NCBI GenBank assembly: GCA_963833225.1
Contig: CAWHXD010000019.1
Span: 416,001 to 480,000 of the forward strand
DNA: 64,000 bases
Direction of reading: 5' to 3'
From: an uncultured Chloroflexia bacterium
GTDB taxonomy: Bacteria; Chloroflexota; Limnocylindria; Limnocylindrales; CSP1-4
In this document: positions 40,897-50,316 of the stretch, in pieces
Numbering within the stretch: position 1 is the first letter of the stretch
Layout of the letters: every line of letters starts with the position of its first letter
The notes under the pieces: model-generated
Told to the model about the DNA's origin: nothing
The model's database searches: none
The model's input: only the letters and a program-made list of their open reading frames with translations
Made by a program: the position numbers and the translations under genes

Positions 40897-41764
40897 ATGC
40901 GGCTCGCGACGATCCTCGACGGCGATGACGGCTTCGTGGTGGCGGTGATGCGCGACGGTCGGGTCGTCGGGCTGGGACCGGCGATGGGCATCGGTGCGGG
41001 CGATCGCCGCGAGCGGCGGGACGGCCTGCGCCGGATCCGCGACTGGCGGCGGGCGAGCCGCGGGGCGCTGGGCCGCGCGGCCTGGCGTACCGCTGGCGGA
41101 CGTGACCCTTGGGCCCGCGGTCCCGGACCCCGGGGCGATCTACACCGTCGGGCACAACTATCGCGAGTCCTGGCGAGCCTCGCGACGCGGTCCCGGACGG
41201 CCCGCTGGTCTACGGCAAGGCGGTCAGCGCCGTGGCGGCCACCGGGGCCGTCGCCTGACGTGGGACCGGTCAATCACGGCCAACGTCGATGCCGAGTGCG
41301 AGCTCGGGATCGTGATCGGCGCGCACGCGCCTCGACGTGTCCCCCGAGGCCGAGGCGATGCACCATGTCCTCGGCTACACGAGCATCAACGACGTCTCGT
41401 CGCGTGACGCATGGCTGGACGGCGACCAGTGGCTGCTCGGCAAGTCGATGCCGGGGTTCTGCCCGGTGGGCCCCTGGATCGTGACGGCCGGACGAGGTCG
41501 GACGCGACGACCTGCGGCTCGAGCTGCCTCATCAACGGCGACGCCGATCCAGGACGGGACGACCGCCCAGATGCGGTTCAGGATCCGCGAGATCGTCTCG
41601 TACCTGAGCCGGCACCACGTGGCTCCGGCCCGGCGACCTGATCGCGACCGGCACACCGCGACGACTGCGCGAGGCCGCCCGGACCGGATCGCCACCTCGA
41701 GGCCGGCGACGAGGTGACCTGCTGGATCGAGCGGATCGGCGAGCTGACGACGAGGATCGCCTGA
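40897..41764 (+). CDS. Fumarylacetoacetate hydrolase family protein (multiple indels)
   Basis: IYTVGHNY, VDAECELGIVIG, GYTSINDVSSRD, GKSMPGFCPVGP, GDLIATGTP. Confidence 0.83.
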
Positions 41765-41784
41765 CAGCAGAAGGAGAAGCTGCG

Positions 41785-42641
41785 ATGAAGCCGCCGACCG
41801 TGTTCATCGGCGAGATGACCGAACCGCGAGGTCGAGGCGTACCTGCAGGACTACGAGACGGTGATCGTCCCGGTCGGCTCCACCGAGCAGCACGGGCCGC
41901 ACGCGCCGCTCGCGACCGACGTGCTCATCCCCGTCGAGGTCGCCCGGCGGATTGCCGAGCCCGCGATCGGCGCCGTCGTCGCGCCCCCGGTCAGACTATG
42001 CGCTCTCGTACCCCCACGTCGGCTTCACCGGGCGTCGTCCACATCCGAGTCTCGACGTTCATGACGCTGATCGAGGATCTGTGTGCCTCGTTCGCCGACG
42101 GTCGGGCTTTCGGCGGATCGTGTTCCTCAACGGTCACTACGACAACACGTACGCGATCGCGTACGCATGCGCGACGCGGCCGAGCGAATGCCGGCGGGCG
42201 CCCAGGCCTTCCCGGTCAACTACTGGGACGGCATGACGGCCGAGGAGGCCGCCGAGTTCTTCGACCCGTCGAACGGCCTGCACGCGAACAAGGGCGAGAC
42301 CGCGGCGGTCCTCGCAATCAACCCTGGTCTCGTGGACATGGAGCTCGCCAACGTCGAGTTCCCCGCCGTTCCCCGAGGTCACCAGCCCGGCTCCCGTCCA
42401 TACGGCGTTCTTCTTCTCGACGCCCGGCTCGGTCCACCGGGCGACCCACTCCGGGACCTGGGGCGACGCCCGCTCGGCCACGCCCGAGTTCGGCGAGCGC
42501 TACCTGCAGGTGGTGACGGACGCCACGATCCGGATCCTCGACGACGTGGAGCGCACCGACCGGGCGATGCCCCGCGCGAGGGCGGGGTCCGCTCAGGCCA
42601 GGCCGAGCGCCGCTCGCACCTGGACGGGCAGCGCCGTGTAG
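41785..42641 (+). CDS. Creatininase/MftE-like amidohydrolase (indels; 3' end uncertain)
   Basis: IVPVGSTEQHGPHAPLATD, IVFLNGH..N, HAN.GET, SGTWGD...AT.EFG. Confidence 0.83.
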
Positions 42642-43270
42642 TCCGGGGCCACCGCGAACGCCCCCTCGGCGAGGAGCGCCTCGGCAGGCTGGGACGAGGT
42701 GATGCCCAGCACCGCGCACCCGGCGGCGCGGCCGGCGCGCACCCCGTTGACGGCGTCCTCCACGACCAGGCATCGAGCGGGCGGCAGGCCCAGCTGGTCG
42801 GCGGCGAGCAGGAACGTCTCCGGGTCCGGCTTCCGGCGGGTGACATCCTCCGCGGAGACCACGGCATCGAAGGTCGAGACCGGGATCCCGATCGCGGCCA
42901 GGTTGCCCGCCAGCTTCGGCCGGTCGGAGCCCGTGGCGAGGCCCAGGCGGATGCCGGCAGCCCGCAGCTCCGCGAGGAACGCATGGACGCCGGCGATCGC
43001 CTGCAGGGAGTCCGGGATCAGCTCGAGGTAGACCTCGTAGGTGAGCGGCTTGTCCACGGCCAGGTTCGCGGTCACGCCGTGGCGCGCCGCCGCCCCGGTG
43101 ATGAACCGGTCGTCGCCGGCGCCCACGAACGGCTCGAAGTCCTCGCGCGGGACCACGATCCCGTAGCGCCGCCGGAGCGCCTCGGCTGCCGCGGCGGCGA
43201 TGAATGGCTCGGAGTCACAGAGCGTGCCATCGAGGTCGAACACGACGGCGTCGAAGGTGAGATCGGACAT
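42593..43270 (-). CDS. HAD-superfamily phosphatase (beta-PGM/CbbY-like)
   Basis: AVVFDLDGTL.DSE, LATGS, KPDPE.FL.AA, CLVVEDA.NGV.AG.AAG. Confidence 0.92.
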   Translation of the reverse strand: MSDLTFDAVVFDLDGTLCDSEPFIAAAAAEALRRRYGIVVPREDFEPFVGAGDDRFITGAAARHGVTANLAVDKPLTYEVYLELIPDSLQAIAGVHAFLAELRAAGIRLGLATGSDRPKLAGNLAAIGIPVSTFDAVVSAEDVTRRKPDPETFLLAADQLGLPPARCLVVEDAVNGVRAGRAAGCAVLGITSSQPAEALLAEGAFAVAPDYTALPVQVRAALGLA

Positions 43271-43295
43271 CGGTGGGCCTCGCCGGCAGGGGTCG

Positions 43296-44486
43296 TCAGG
43301 CGCCGGCCGGGTCCCTCCCCGCGTCGATGCCGGTCAAGGCGCTTCCGTGGCGCTCCGCCTCGCCCGACGCGAACCAGCCGCGCAGGCTGCCCCGCCACAG
43401 CGCGCGCTCGTGGAATCGACCATCCGGGTTGATGCCGTCGAGGCCGCCCGACGTCACCAGGGTCTCCAGCAGGGGTGCCAGCTGCGAGCCGTAGACGTGC
43501 ATGCACGGCTCGGGGCGCACGCCCGGCCACGAGTAGCAGGACACCACCGTCCGCCGCTCGTCGGTCGGGATGCCGGGTGGGAGCGTCGCCCAGGCCGGAT
43601 CGTCCGGGTCGAACGTCCACTGGTCCAGGTGGCCCTGCGGGATGCCCTCCACGCCGCGCACGACCTGGGGTTCCACGTCCAGCAGGTAGGGGTCGACGGA
43701 CAGGTCGCAGATCACCGCGTGCTTCGGGAGGAGCGCGAGCCAGGCGTTGGGGATCAGCGGCCTGGACGGATCCCGCCTCGCCGTCGCGTCCACGAGCAGG
43801 TCGGTCAGCAGCAGCCGCGCCTTGAGGTACTCGGGGTCACCGGTCAGGTTCCGGCCGGCCGTGACGACCTCCACGCCGGGGAGCCCCGCGCGCGTGTAGG
43901 TCTCGTTGCGGGCGTCGTCGCCGTACTTGGTGGCGAACTCGACGGCGTGCCGGCCCACCCGGCCTGCGCCCATGATCAGCACCTTGACCGTCGAGTGGCG
44001 TGGGCCGCCGAGCTCCGGCCAGGTCCGCTCGAGGGCGGCGAACGCGCCCGAGATCCCGTTCCAGGCCACGCTGCGGAGGTTCTCGACCAGCCGCCGGCCG
44101 TCCTCGTTGCGAATGAGATCCAGCGCGATGGCATCGATCCCGAGCTCGGCCAGCATCCCGACACGCGCCGGCCGGGTGGCGAAGTGGAGCATGGAGACGA
44201 GGACGGAACCCCGTCGCAGGAGGTGATACCGGCCCTCCGGGGCCCGGAGCACCACCACGATGTCCTGCCGGTAGCAGTCCTCTTCGTCGCTCACCACCAC
44301 GTCGGGCGACAACGTGCTGTAGTCGGTGTCCGTGTAGCCCATGGCGGATCCGATGCCGCTCTCGACGTGAACCTCGGCGCCGTTCGCGGCAAGCAGGCCG
44401 ATCAGCGGCGGCAGGAAGTCCCGTCGCTCACCGGGCTCCCGGTGCATGCGTGGGAACCCGACGGTCACCCGGCTACGCGTTGTCAT
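43296..44486 (-). CDS. AlaDH/PNT-superfamily NAD(P)-dependent dehydrogenase, paralog A
   Basis: VGFPRM..EPGERR.FLP, VHVESGIG...GY.D.DY, IMGAGRVG, LLVDAT, VICDLSVD. Confidence 0.8.
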   Translation of the reverse strand: MTTRSRVTVGFPRMHREPGERRDFLPPLIGLLAANGAEVHVESGIGSAMGYTDTDYSTLSPDVVVSDEEDCYRQDIVVVLRAPEGRYHLLRRGSVLVSMLHFATRPARVGMLAELGIDAIALDLIRNEDGRRLVENLRSVAWNGISGAFAALERTWPELGGPRHSTVKVLIMGAGRVGRHAVEFATKYGDDARNETYTRAGLPGVEVVTAGRNLTGDPEYLKARLLLTDLLVDATARRDPSRPLIPNAWLALLPKHAVICDLSVDPYLLDVEPQVVRGVEGIPQGHLDQWTFDPDDPAWATLPPGIPTDERRTVVSCYSWPGVRPEPCMHVYGSQLAPLLETLVTSGGLDGINPDGRFHERALWRGSLRGWFASGEAERHGSALTGIDAGRDPAGA

Positions 44487-44634
44487 TCAGCCTCCAATCG
44501 ATCGTCGGTCGCGGTGTGTCCCTTCGTACGCAGGGTCTCCCGCGGGGACGGGCGCCCGCATCTGCCGTCCGACCCCGAGCACCGGGGTCCGCATGGCCCG
44601 AGCGCCGCGCGCGAAGGAATGCAATGCTGTCAGG

Positions 44635-45777
44635 GTGACAGCGAAGAGCGAGCGCGTCCTGACGTTCGGCTTCCCCCGGATGGAGAACGAGCCCGGCGAG
44701 CGGCGGGCCTTCCTGCCATCGCTTGCCGGCACGGTGGCCGCGATGGGGGCCGACGTGGTGGTCCAGGCGGGCAGCGGGACCCGCATGGGCATCCCTGACG
44801 AGGAGTACCTGGCGGCATCGCCCCGGGTTCGGATCGCGGACGAGGCCACGGCGTTCGCCCAGGACGTCGTCGTGATCCTGCGGGCGCCCGAGGGGCGCTA
44901 CGAGCTGGTGCGGCGCGGCGCGATCCTGCTCTCGATGCTCCACTTCGTCACCCGCCCGGAACGCTCGGAGCTGCTCGATCGCCTGGGGATCGAGGCCGTG
45001 GCCCTCGACATGGTCACCGGCGACGATGGCCGGCGCCTGGTCCAGAACCTGCGCGACGTCGCCCGCAACGGGCTCTCGTCCGCCTTCGATGCCCTGGAGC
45101 GCCGCTGGCCGCCGCTCTTGTCCCCGGACCGCCGGGCGATCAGCGTCACGATCATCGGCGCCGGTGGGGTCGGCAAGCATGCGATCGAGTGGGCCGCCCG
45201 CGCCGGTACCGCGGAGCGCAATGAGCGGTTCATGCGAGAGGGGCTCCCGGGCGTGGAGGTCGTGGTCGCGGAGCAGAACCTCGCCGGCAACGAGGCCTGG
45301 TTCCGGCGCCGGCTGCCGCAGACGGACATCCTCGTGGATGCCACCGCGCGGCGGGACACGTCGCGCTCGCTGATTCCCAATGCGTGGCTGGGTCTGCTCC
45401 CGAAGCACGCCGTCATCTGCGATCTTGCCGTGGACCCGTACCTGCCCGACGACGATCCGCCCGTCGTGCGCGGGATCGAGGGCATCCCGCAGGGCAACCT
45501 GGACCAGTGGGTGTTCGATCCCGACGACCCGGCCTGGGACCGGCTGCCGCCCGGCATCCCGACCGACGAGCGGCGAACCGTCGTGTCCTGTTACTCGTGG
45601 CCGGGCGTGGAGCCGGTGGCCTGCATGGAGGCCTATGGCTCCCAAATCACGCCGCTGCTCAAGACCCTGGTCTGGTACGGCGGGACCTCTGCCATCGCGC
45701 CCTCGGTGTCGTTCCACGGGCGCGCCATGTGGCGGGGAAGCCTGCGGCACTTCCTGGGTCACGAACCCGCGGGCTGA
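44635..45777 (+). CDS. AlaDH/PNT-superfamily NAD(P)-dependent dehydrogenase, paralog B
   Basis: FGFPRM..EPGERRAFLP, VVVQAGSG...GIPDEEY, IIGAGGVG, ILVDAT, VICDLAVD. Long stretches shared with paralog A. Confidence 0.8.
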   Translation: MTAKSERVLTFGFPRMENEPGERRAFLPSLAGTVAAMGADVVVQAGSGTRMGIPDEEYLAASPRVRIADEATAFAQDVVVILRAPEGRYELVRRGAILLSMLHFVTRPERSELLDRLGIEAVALDMVTGDDGRRLVQNLRDVARNGLSSAFDALERRWPPLLSPDRRAISVTIIGAGGVGKHAIEWAARAGTAERNERFMREGLPGVEVVVAEQNLAGNEAWFRRRLPQTDILVDATARRDTSRSLIPNAWLGLLPKHAVICDLAVDPYLPDDDPPVVRGIEGIPQGNLDQWVFDPDDPAWDRLPPGIPTDERRTVVSCYSWPGVEPVACMEAYGSQITPLLKTLVWYGGTSAIAPSVSFHGRAMWRGSLRHFLGHEPAG

Positions 45778-45796
45778 GCGGCCCAGGCGCGAGGGA

Positions 45797-46486
45797 TCAG
45801 CGTCGGGCGGTCGGGCGCTGCCGTCCAGCCGGTGGCATCGGATCGTGCGACGCCACGTAGCCCGGGACCTGGGCGCGATGCGCGAGGCCCAGCTTGGCCA
45901 GGATGGAGCTCACGTAGTTCTTGACCGTCTTGTCGGACAGGAACACCGCGGCCGCGATCTCGCGGTTCGTCATCCCGTCGGCGATGAGCGGCACGATCTC
46001 GCGCTCCCGAGCGGTCAGGCCGACACCTTCGCCCGAGTCCCCGCTGGCGATGCGCCGGATGCGGTCGAGGACCACGCCCGTCACGACGGGATCGAACATC
46101 GACCGCCCCTGGCCCACGGCCTCCAGCGTGCGCACCAGCTCCGCGGATCGGGTCTGCTTCAGCACGTATCCACGGGCCCCGGCCAGGACTGCCGCGAACA
46201 CGTCGGCCTCGGCCGGCGAGCTGGTGAGGAACACGACGTGGATGGCGGGGAGCTCGTCCCTGAGTCGTCGGCAGGCTTCGATGCCCGACGCGTCCGGGAG
46301 CCGGATGTCGAGCAGCGCGATGTCCGGCCGGAAGCGCCGAGCCTGGGTGATCGCGTCGGCGCACGTCCCGGCCTCGGCCACGACCTCGAACATGCCCCGC
46401 CGGTCAAGGTGGGCAACGAGCCCGCGGCGAACGACCTCGTGGTCATCGACGACGAGGATCCGCAGGGGCGAGGACGCCTCGGTCAT
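45797..46486 (-). CDS. NarL/LuxR-family response regulator (DosR-like)
   Basis: ILVVDDHEVVR, LLDIRLPD, GYVLK, LTAREREI...ADGMTNREIA....SDKTVKNYVSSILAKL. Confidence 0.95.
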   Translation of the reverse strand: MTEASSPLRILVVDDHEVVRRGLVAHLDRRGMFEVVAEAGTCADAITQARRFRPDIALLDIRLPDASGIEACRRLRDELPAIHVVFLTSSPAEADVFAAVLAGARGYVLKQTRSAELVRTLEAVGQGRSMFDPVVTGVVLDRIRRIASGDSGEGVGLTAREREIVPLIADGMTNREIAAAVFLSDKTVKNYVSSILAKLGLAHRAQVPGYVASHDPMPPAGRQRPTARR

Positions 46487-46492
46487 CGTCGT

Positions 46493-46756
46493 CTAGACCG
46501 GTGGCCGGCGCCCGGGAACGTCACGTCCGCGGGGCGCCACCGTGAGCTCCGACGTCCGGACCCCGAAGCGGATCGACATCGCCGCCCAGCCCGGATGGTC
46601 CGTCGTCCAGCGCTCGACCGTCGCCCCGGTCGTCGACCGTCGCTCGATCGTGCCGTCGCCCTCGAGCACCAGCGACTCACCGTCGGCAATGGGCAACGTC
46701 CGTGGGCGGAACCGCGTGGCGCCGGCCCGGCCGGTCTGCGCCCGGTGCACGCTCAC
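46493..46756 (-). CDS. Small hypothetical protein (87 aa)
   Basis: GTGA-coupled to the upstream ORF and ends 6 bp before the response regulator; protein-like composition. Confidence 0.55.
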   Translation of the reverse strand: MSVHRAQTGRAGATRFRPRTLPIADGESLVLEGDGTIERRSTTGATVERWTTDHPGWAAMSIRFGVRTSELTVAPRGRDVPGRRPPV

Positions 46757-46980
46757 GACGGACGGCCGTCGATGAGCGCTCGAAGCGCGACCTGCAGGCG
46801 CTTGTTGGCGCTTGCGTCCTGGGCGGAGGTTTCCTGGCTCCGCGCTTCACGCGCCTCGGCCGCATCGCGCATGGAGTCGGCGATCCGCTGGTTGAGGCGA
46901 TCGTCCTCGGGGCGATGACCGACCGGCGGGGGTGCGGCGACGGAGGGAGAACGCCCCTGCGGGCGAGAGTGGCGTGCCAT
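46753..46980 (-). CDS. Small hypothetical protein (75 aa, helical)
   Basis: MARHSRPQ...DDRLNQRIADSMRDAAEAREARSQE; stop overlaps the next start. Confidence 0.5.
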   Translation of the reverse strand: MARHSRPQGRSPSVAAPPPVGHRPEDDRLNQRIADSMRDAAEAREARSQETSAQDASANKRLQVALRALIDGRPS

Positions 46981-47107
46981 GGTCGACTTCCAGCTGCCGG
47001 CCGGACGCAGCCACGGAGGTCGTGGCACTCGGCACGGAGGTCGGACAGGAGTCCAGCATGCCGCGTGGCGCCGGGAAGCGCAACCGTCCGGGACCGCAAC
47101 CGAGCCG

Positions 47108-47756
47108 TCAGGCTCGCGCGCGCTCCAGGATCAGCGTCTGCCAGAAGTGGCCGCGGTGGTTCTCGACCAGGGTCAGCCCGCCGGTCGCGGCGACGTTGAG
47201 CACGCCGGTCGAGCGGTGGACGTGGACCCGGAACGGGTCCCGCCAGAGGGCGCTCCAGCGGTTGCTGATTTCCCACCCCGGCGCGGATCCAGGCATCGTC
47301 CCGCGGCAGGACCAAGCCCAGTCGCCGGCGGGTCTTGTCCGCCGCCACGCGGACGAGCGCCTCCATGTGCGGGTAGCAGCAGACCACGCGGTCGAGCGCG
47401 ACCAGGTCGGCCTCCGGCAGATCGGGCGCAAGCGCCACGGCATCGCCCTTGTGGTAGGTCACCCGGCCGGACAGCCCACGCCGGTCGGCCTCTGTCCGGG
47501 CGGCCTCGAGATAGGGGCCCGAGGCGTCCACGTCGATCGCCGATGCCGCTCCGGCCGCCAGCAGCGCGTGGTGCACGGCGCCGACACCGGCCCCGATGTC
47601 CAGCACCGTCAGCCCGTCGACGCCGCCTGCCGCCAGCCCGGCGACCAGCCGGGTCGTCCATCCGTTCGGCCCGCGCTCCCGGTACTCGAGCAGACGCTCG
47701 CCGGCGCGGCGCGCGTCGAACTGGTCGTCGTAGATGGTCGGCTCGCAGCAGTCCAC
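47108..47756 (-). CDS. Class I SAM-dependent methyltransferase (BchM-like; indel ~47275)
   Basis: VLDIGAGVG, DVDAS..YL, ADLVALDRVVCCYP. The C-terminus (FRVHVH...WQTL) is in a second frame. Confidence 0.82.
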
Positions 47757-47817
47757 GTCGTGGATCCTAGACCACCCGGATCCCGGTGGTCGCGGCGCGG
47801 CCCCTCGCGCCACGGGG

Positions 47818-47853
47818 GGCGCTCCCGCGACGGGTGGCGCTCCCGCGACGGGT
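47818..47853. repeat. 18-bp tandem direct repeat x2
   Basis: GGCGCTCCCGCGACGGGT twice, in a divergent intergenic region. Confidence 0.7.
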
Positions 47854-47857
47854 GAGT

Positions 47858-48337
47858 ATGCTGCGCTCCATGGGTGACAGGGTCTCTCTCTCCGGCGACC
47901 AGTGGGAAGCGCTCCTGCACCTGCCGTTTGCCGTCTACTCCACCGTCGCGGATGCGGACGCGGACCAGGGCAGCGCCGAGGCGCAGTTCCGGAGCTTCCG
48001 GGAGGAGATCGAGCACGGCCGATCCGTCTTCGCCGAGGGGACGACGGGTGGCGATCTCACCAACGCGGTCGCCGGGAACCTGGACGTCCTGTGGTCCGCG
48101 CACCGGGCTTCCGGGCGGTCACCCGAGGAGGTGGTCGGCCGCGGGATGAAGGCCCTGCACAAGATCGACGACGGCGAGTCGGAGGCCATCCGGGACTGGC
48201 TGCTGGTGGTGGCCCTGGGCGTCGCCCGCGCCATCCACACGGTCGGTGAGCCGCCGGTGTCCTGGAGCGAGGTGTACGCGCTGCGGGACCTGGCCAGGTG
48301 GCTCAACCGCCCTGTGCCCGACATCACCGAGTCCTGA
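47858..48337 (+). CDS. Hypothetical all-helical protein
   Basis: Coding-like codon usage; fills the gap between flanking genes; no recognised motif. Start at 47858 or 47870. Confidence 0.65.
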   Translation: MLRSMGDRVSLSGDQWEALLHLPFAVYSTVADADADQGSAEAQFRSFREEIEHGRSVFAEGTTGGDLTNAVAGNLDVLWSAHRASGRSPEEVVGRGMKALHKIDDGESEAIRDWLLVVALGVARAIHTVGEPPVSWSEVYALRDLARWLNRPVPDITES

Positions 48338-48373
48338 TCCCGCCCGGGCGAGATCCCAAGCCGCCGAGCAACG

Positions 48374-49552
48374 ATGCTCTCTGCGCCCCAACCCACCTGC
48401 TTCCTGATCGCCGACATCTCCGGGTACACCGGCTACCTGGCCGATGTCGAGCTGGACCACGCGCAGGACATCCTCGCCGACCTCATCGGCGCCGTGGTCA
48501 CCGCGCTGCGGCCCAACTTCCGGCTGGCCAAGCTCGAGGGTGACGCCGCGTTCACCTTCGCGGCCGTGGAGGCCATCGACGGGTCGATGCTCCTCGACAC
48601 CATCGAGCGCTGCTACTTCGGCTTCCGCCGCCGCCGCCGCGATGTGCGCCAGGCCACTTCGTGCGAGTGCAACGCATGCAGCCGGATCCCGGATCTCGAC
48701 CTCAAGTTCGTCGTGCACAACGGCAAGGCCATCGTCCAGAGGGTCGCAGGGCGCCAGGAGCTCCTGGGATCGGACGTGATCGTCGTCCACCGCCTGCTCA
48801 AGAACGAGGTCGTGGAGCAGCTGGGGATGGGGGCGTACGCCCTGATCACCCAGGCGTGCATCGACGCCTCCGACATCGATCCTGCCGCGCTCGGCATGCT
48901 CGAGCACACCGAGACCTATGACCGGCTCGGTGATGTCCCGGCATGGGCGCACGATCTCGAGCGTCGCTGGCGGGAGGAGGAGGATCGCGCACGGGTGTTC
49001 GTGACTCCCGAGGAGTCGATCCTCACGGTGTCCGTGCCCACGAGCGCGCCCCCCCAGGTGGCCTGGGAGTTCCTGACCAAGCCCGGCCAGCGGATGACCT
49101 GGCAGCCGTGGGTCACGTCGGTCGAGATCAGGGGCGCCACCGGGGGACGGCGCGGGCCGGGTTCGGCCAACCACTGCATGCACGGCAAGGATGCCGTGGT
49201 GGAGGAGATCCTCGACTGGCGGCCCTACGACTACGTCACCGACCGCACCATCATCGACACCCCAGCGGGCAAGCTCAGGCTGCTCCACGCCATCGAGCTG
49301 GAGCCACTCCCCTCCGGGACCATGATCCACTACCGGTTCGCGCCCCCGAGGGCGAAGAAGGACCTGGCGTTGGCCCAGCAGGTGGGAGTTGCCTACGGCG
49401 AGGCGCTGCGGTCGAGCGTCCCGACGCTGATCGCCCAGCTGGAGGCCGAACTCGCGAAGCGTGAGGCGGACCGGGGTCCCGAGCCGGCCCTTGCGGCGGC
49501 CCGCCCCGAGGGACCGCTCGCAGGGATCACGCCGCTGCCGATGACCGACTGA
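48374..49552 (+). CDS. DUF2652 (nucleotide-cyclase-like) domain fused to SRPBCC/START domain
   Basis: FLIADISGYTGY, KLEGDA, CECNAC, LKFVVH.G, G.DVIVVHRLLKN; then APPQVAWEFLT.P..R..W, NHCMHG, EILDWRPYDY. Confidence 0.85.
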   Translation: MLSAPQPTCFLIADISGYTGYLADVELDHAQDILADLIGAVVTALRPNFRLAKLEGDAAFTFAAVEAIDGSMLLDTIERCYFGFRRRRRDVRQATSCECNACSRIPDLDLKFVVHNGKAIVQRVAGRQELLGSDVIVVHRLLKNEVVEQLGMGAYALITQACIDASDIDPAALGMLEHTETYDRLGDVPAWAHDLERRWREEEDRARVFVTPEESILTVSVPTSAPPQVAWEFLTKPGQRMTWQPWVTSVEIRGATGGRRGPGSANHCMHGKDAVVEEILDWRPYDYVTDRTIIDTPAGKLRLLHAIELEPLPSGTMIHYRFAPPRAKKDLALAQQVGVAYGEALRSSVPTLIAQLEAELAKREADRGPEPALAAARPEGPLAGITPLPMTD

Positions 49553-49581
49553 TCAGCGGGCGACGCCCCTCCCCGTAGACT

Positions 49582-50316
49582 GTGACCCTTCGCCGCAGGG
49601 AGACCGCCTCGATCGTGCGCCTCGACTTCAGCGTCCTCCGGCGCCTCCGCGCGTCGCTCGTCAACTCGATCGGGGACGTGACCTTCGGGATGGAGGACGG
49701 TGCGGTCTCGGTCGCCGGCCTCGTGTTCGGCGTGGCGGCGAGCACCAACGACAGCCAGATCGTGCTCCTCGCGGGGGCGAGCGGGGCGATCGCCGGAGCC
49801 GTCTCGATGATGGCCGGCACCTATCTTGACGTGCACTCCGAGCGGAGCCGGGCGGCGGGTCTCGTCGGGCAGGCCCGGGCCTCGATCGCCGCGGATCCGG
49901 CGGCGGCCCGTGAGCGCGTGGCCGGGCAGCTTCGCGCGGCGGGCTTCACGGACACCGAGGCGCAGGGCGTCACGGCAGCGTTCGAGCGGAACCCGGATGC
50001 GCTCCTGGACTACGTTGCCGCGTTCGAGCTCGGGGTCCCACGCAGCGAGGGGGCGTCACCCTGGACGCACGCCGCCTGGATGTTCGTCGCGGACCTGTTC
50101 GCCGCGAGCGTTCCCGTGTTGCCGTTCGCCCTGTATCCGATCGAGACCGCCCGCCTGGTCTCGCTCGTGGTCACTGGCGCGCTGATGGCGGCGCTCGGGA
50201 TCGCGAGGGGCCGCATCGGGCACGAGCCGGTCTGGCGGACCGCGCTCCAGACGATGGGGATCGCCGGGGCTGCGGCGCTGGCCGGCGTCCTGATCGGCTG
50301 GCTGGTCACCCGATAG
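49582..50316 (+). CDS. VIT1/CCC1-family metal (Fe/Mn) transporter
   Basis: DVTFGMEDGAVS..GL..G, AGAVSMMAG.Y, FELG, VPVLPF. Confidence 0.88.
   Translation: MTLRRRETASIVRLDFSVLRRLRASLVNSIGDVTFGMEDGAVSVAGLVFGVAASTNDSQIVLLAGASGAIAGAVSMMAGTYLDVHSERSRAAGLVGQARASIAADPAAARERVAGQLRAAGFTDTEAQGVTAAFERNPDALLDYVAAFELGVPRSEGASPWTHAAWMFVADLFAASVPVLPFALYPIETARLVSLVVTGALMAALGIARGRIGHEPVWRTALQTMGIAGAAALAGVLIGWLVTR

Noticed and set aside
28140-42400. Programmed ribosomal frameshifting or mass pseudogenisation
   Set aside because: Breaks are numerous, lack slippery heptamers and leave motifs intact; assembly error is more parsimonious.
47818-47853. 18-bp direct repeat as CRISPR or att site
   Set aside because: Only two adjacent copies, no spacer, and no cas or integrase gene.
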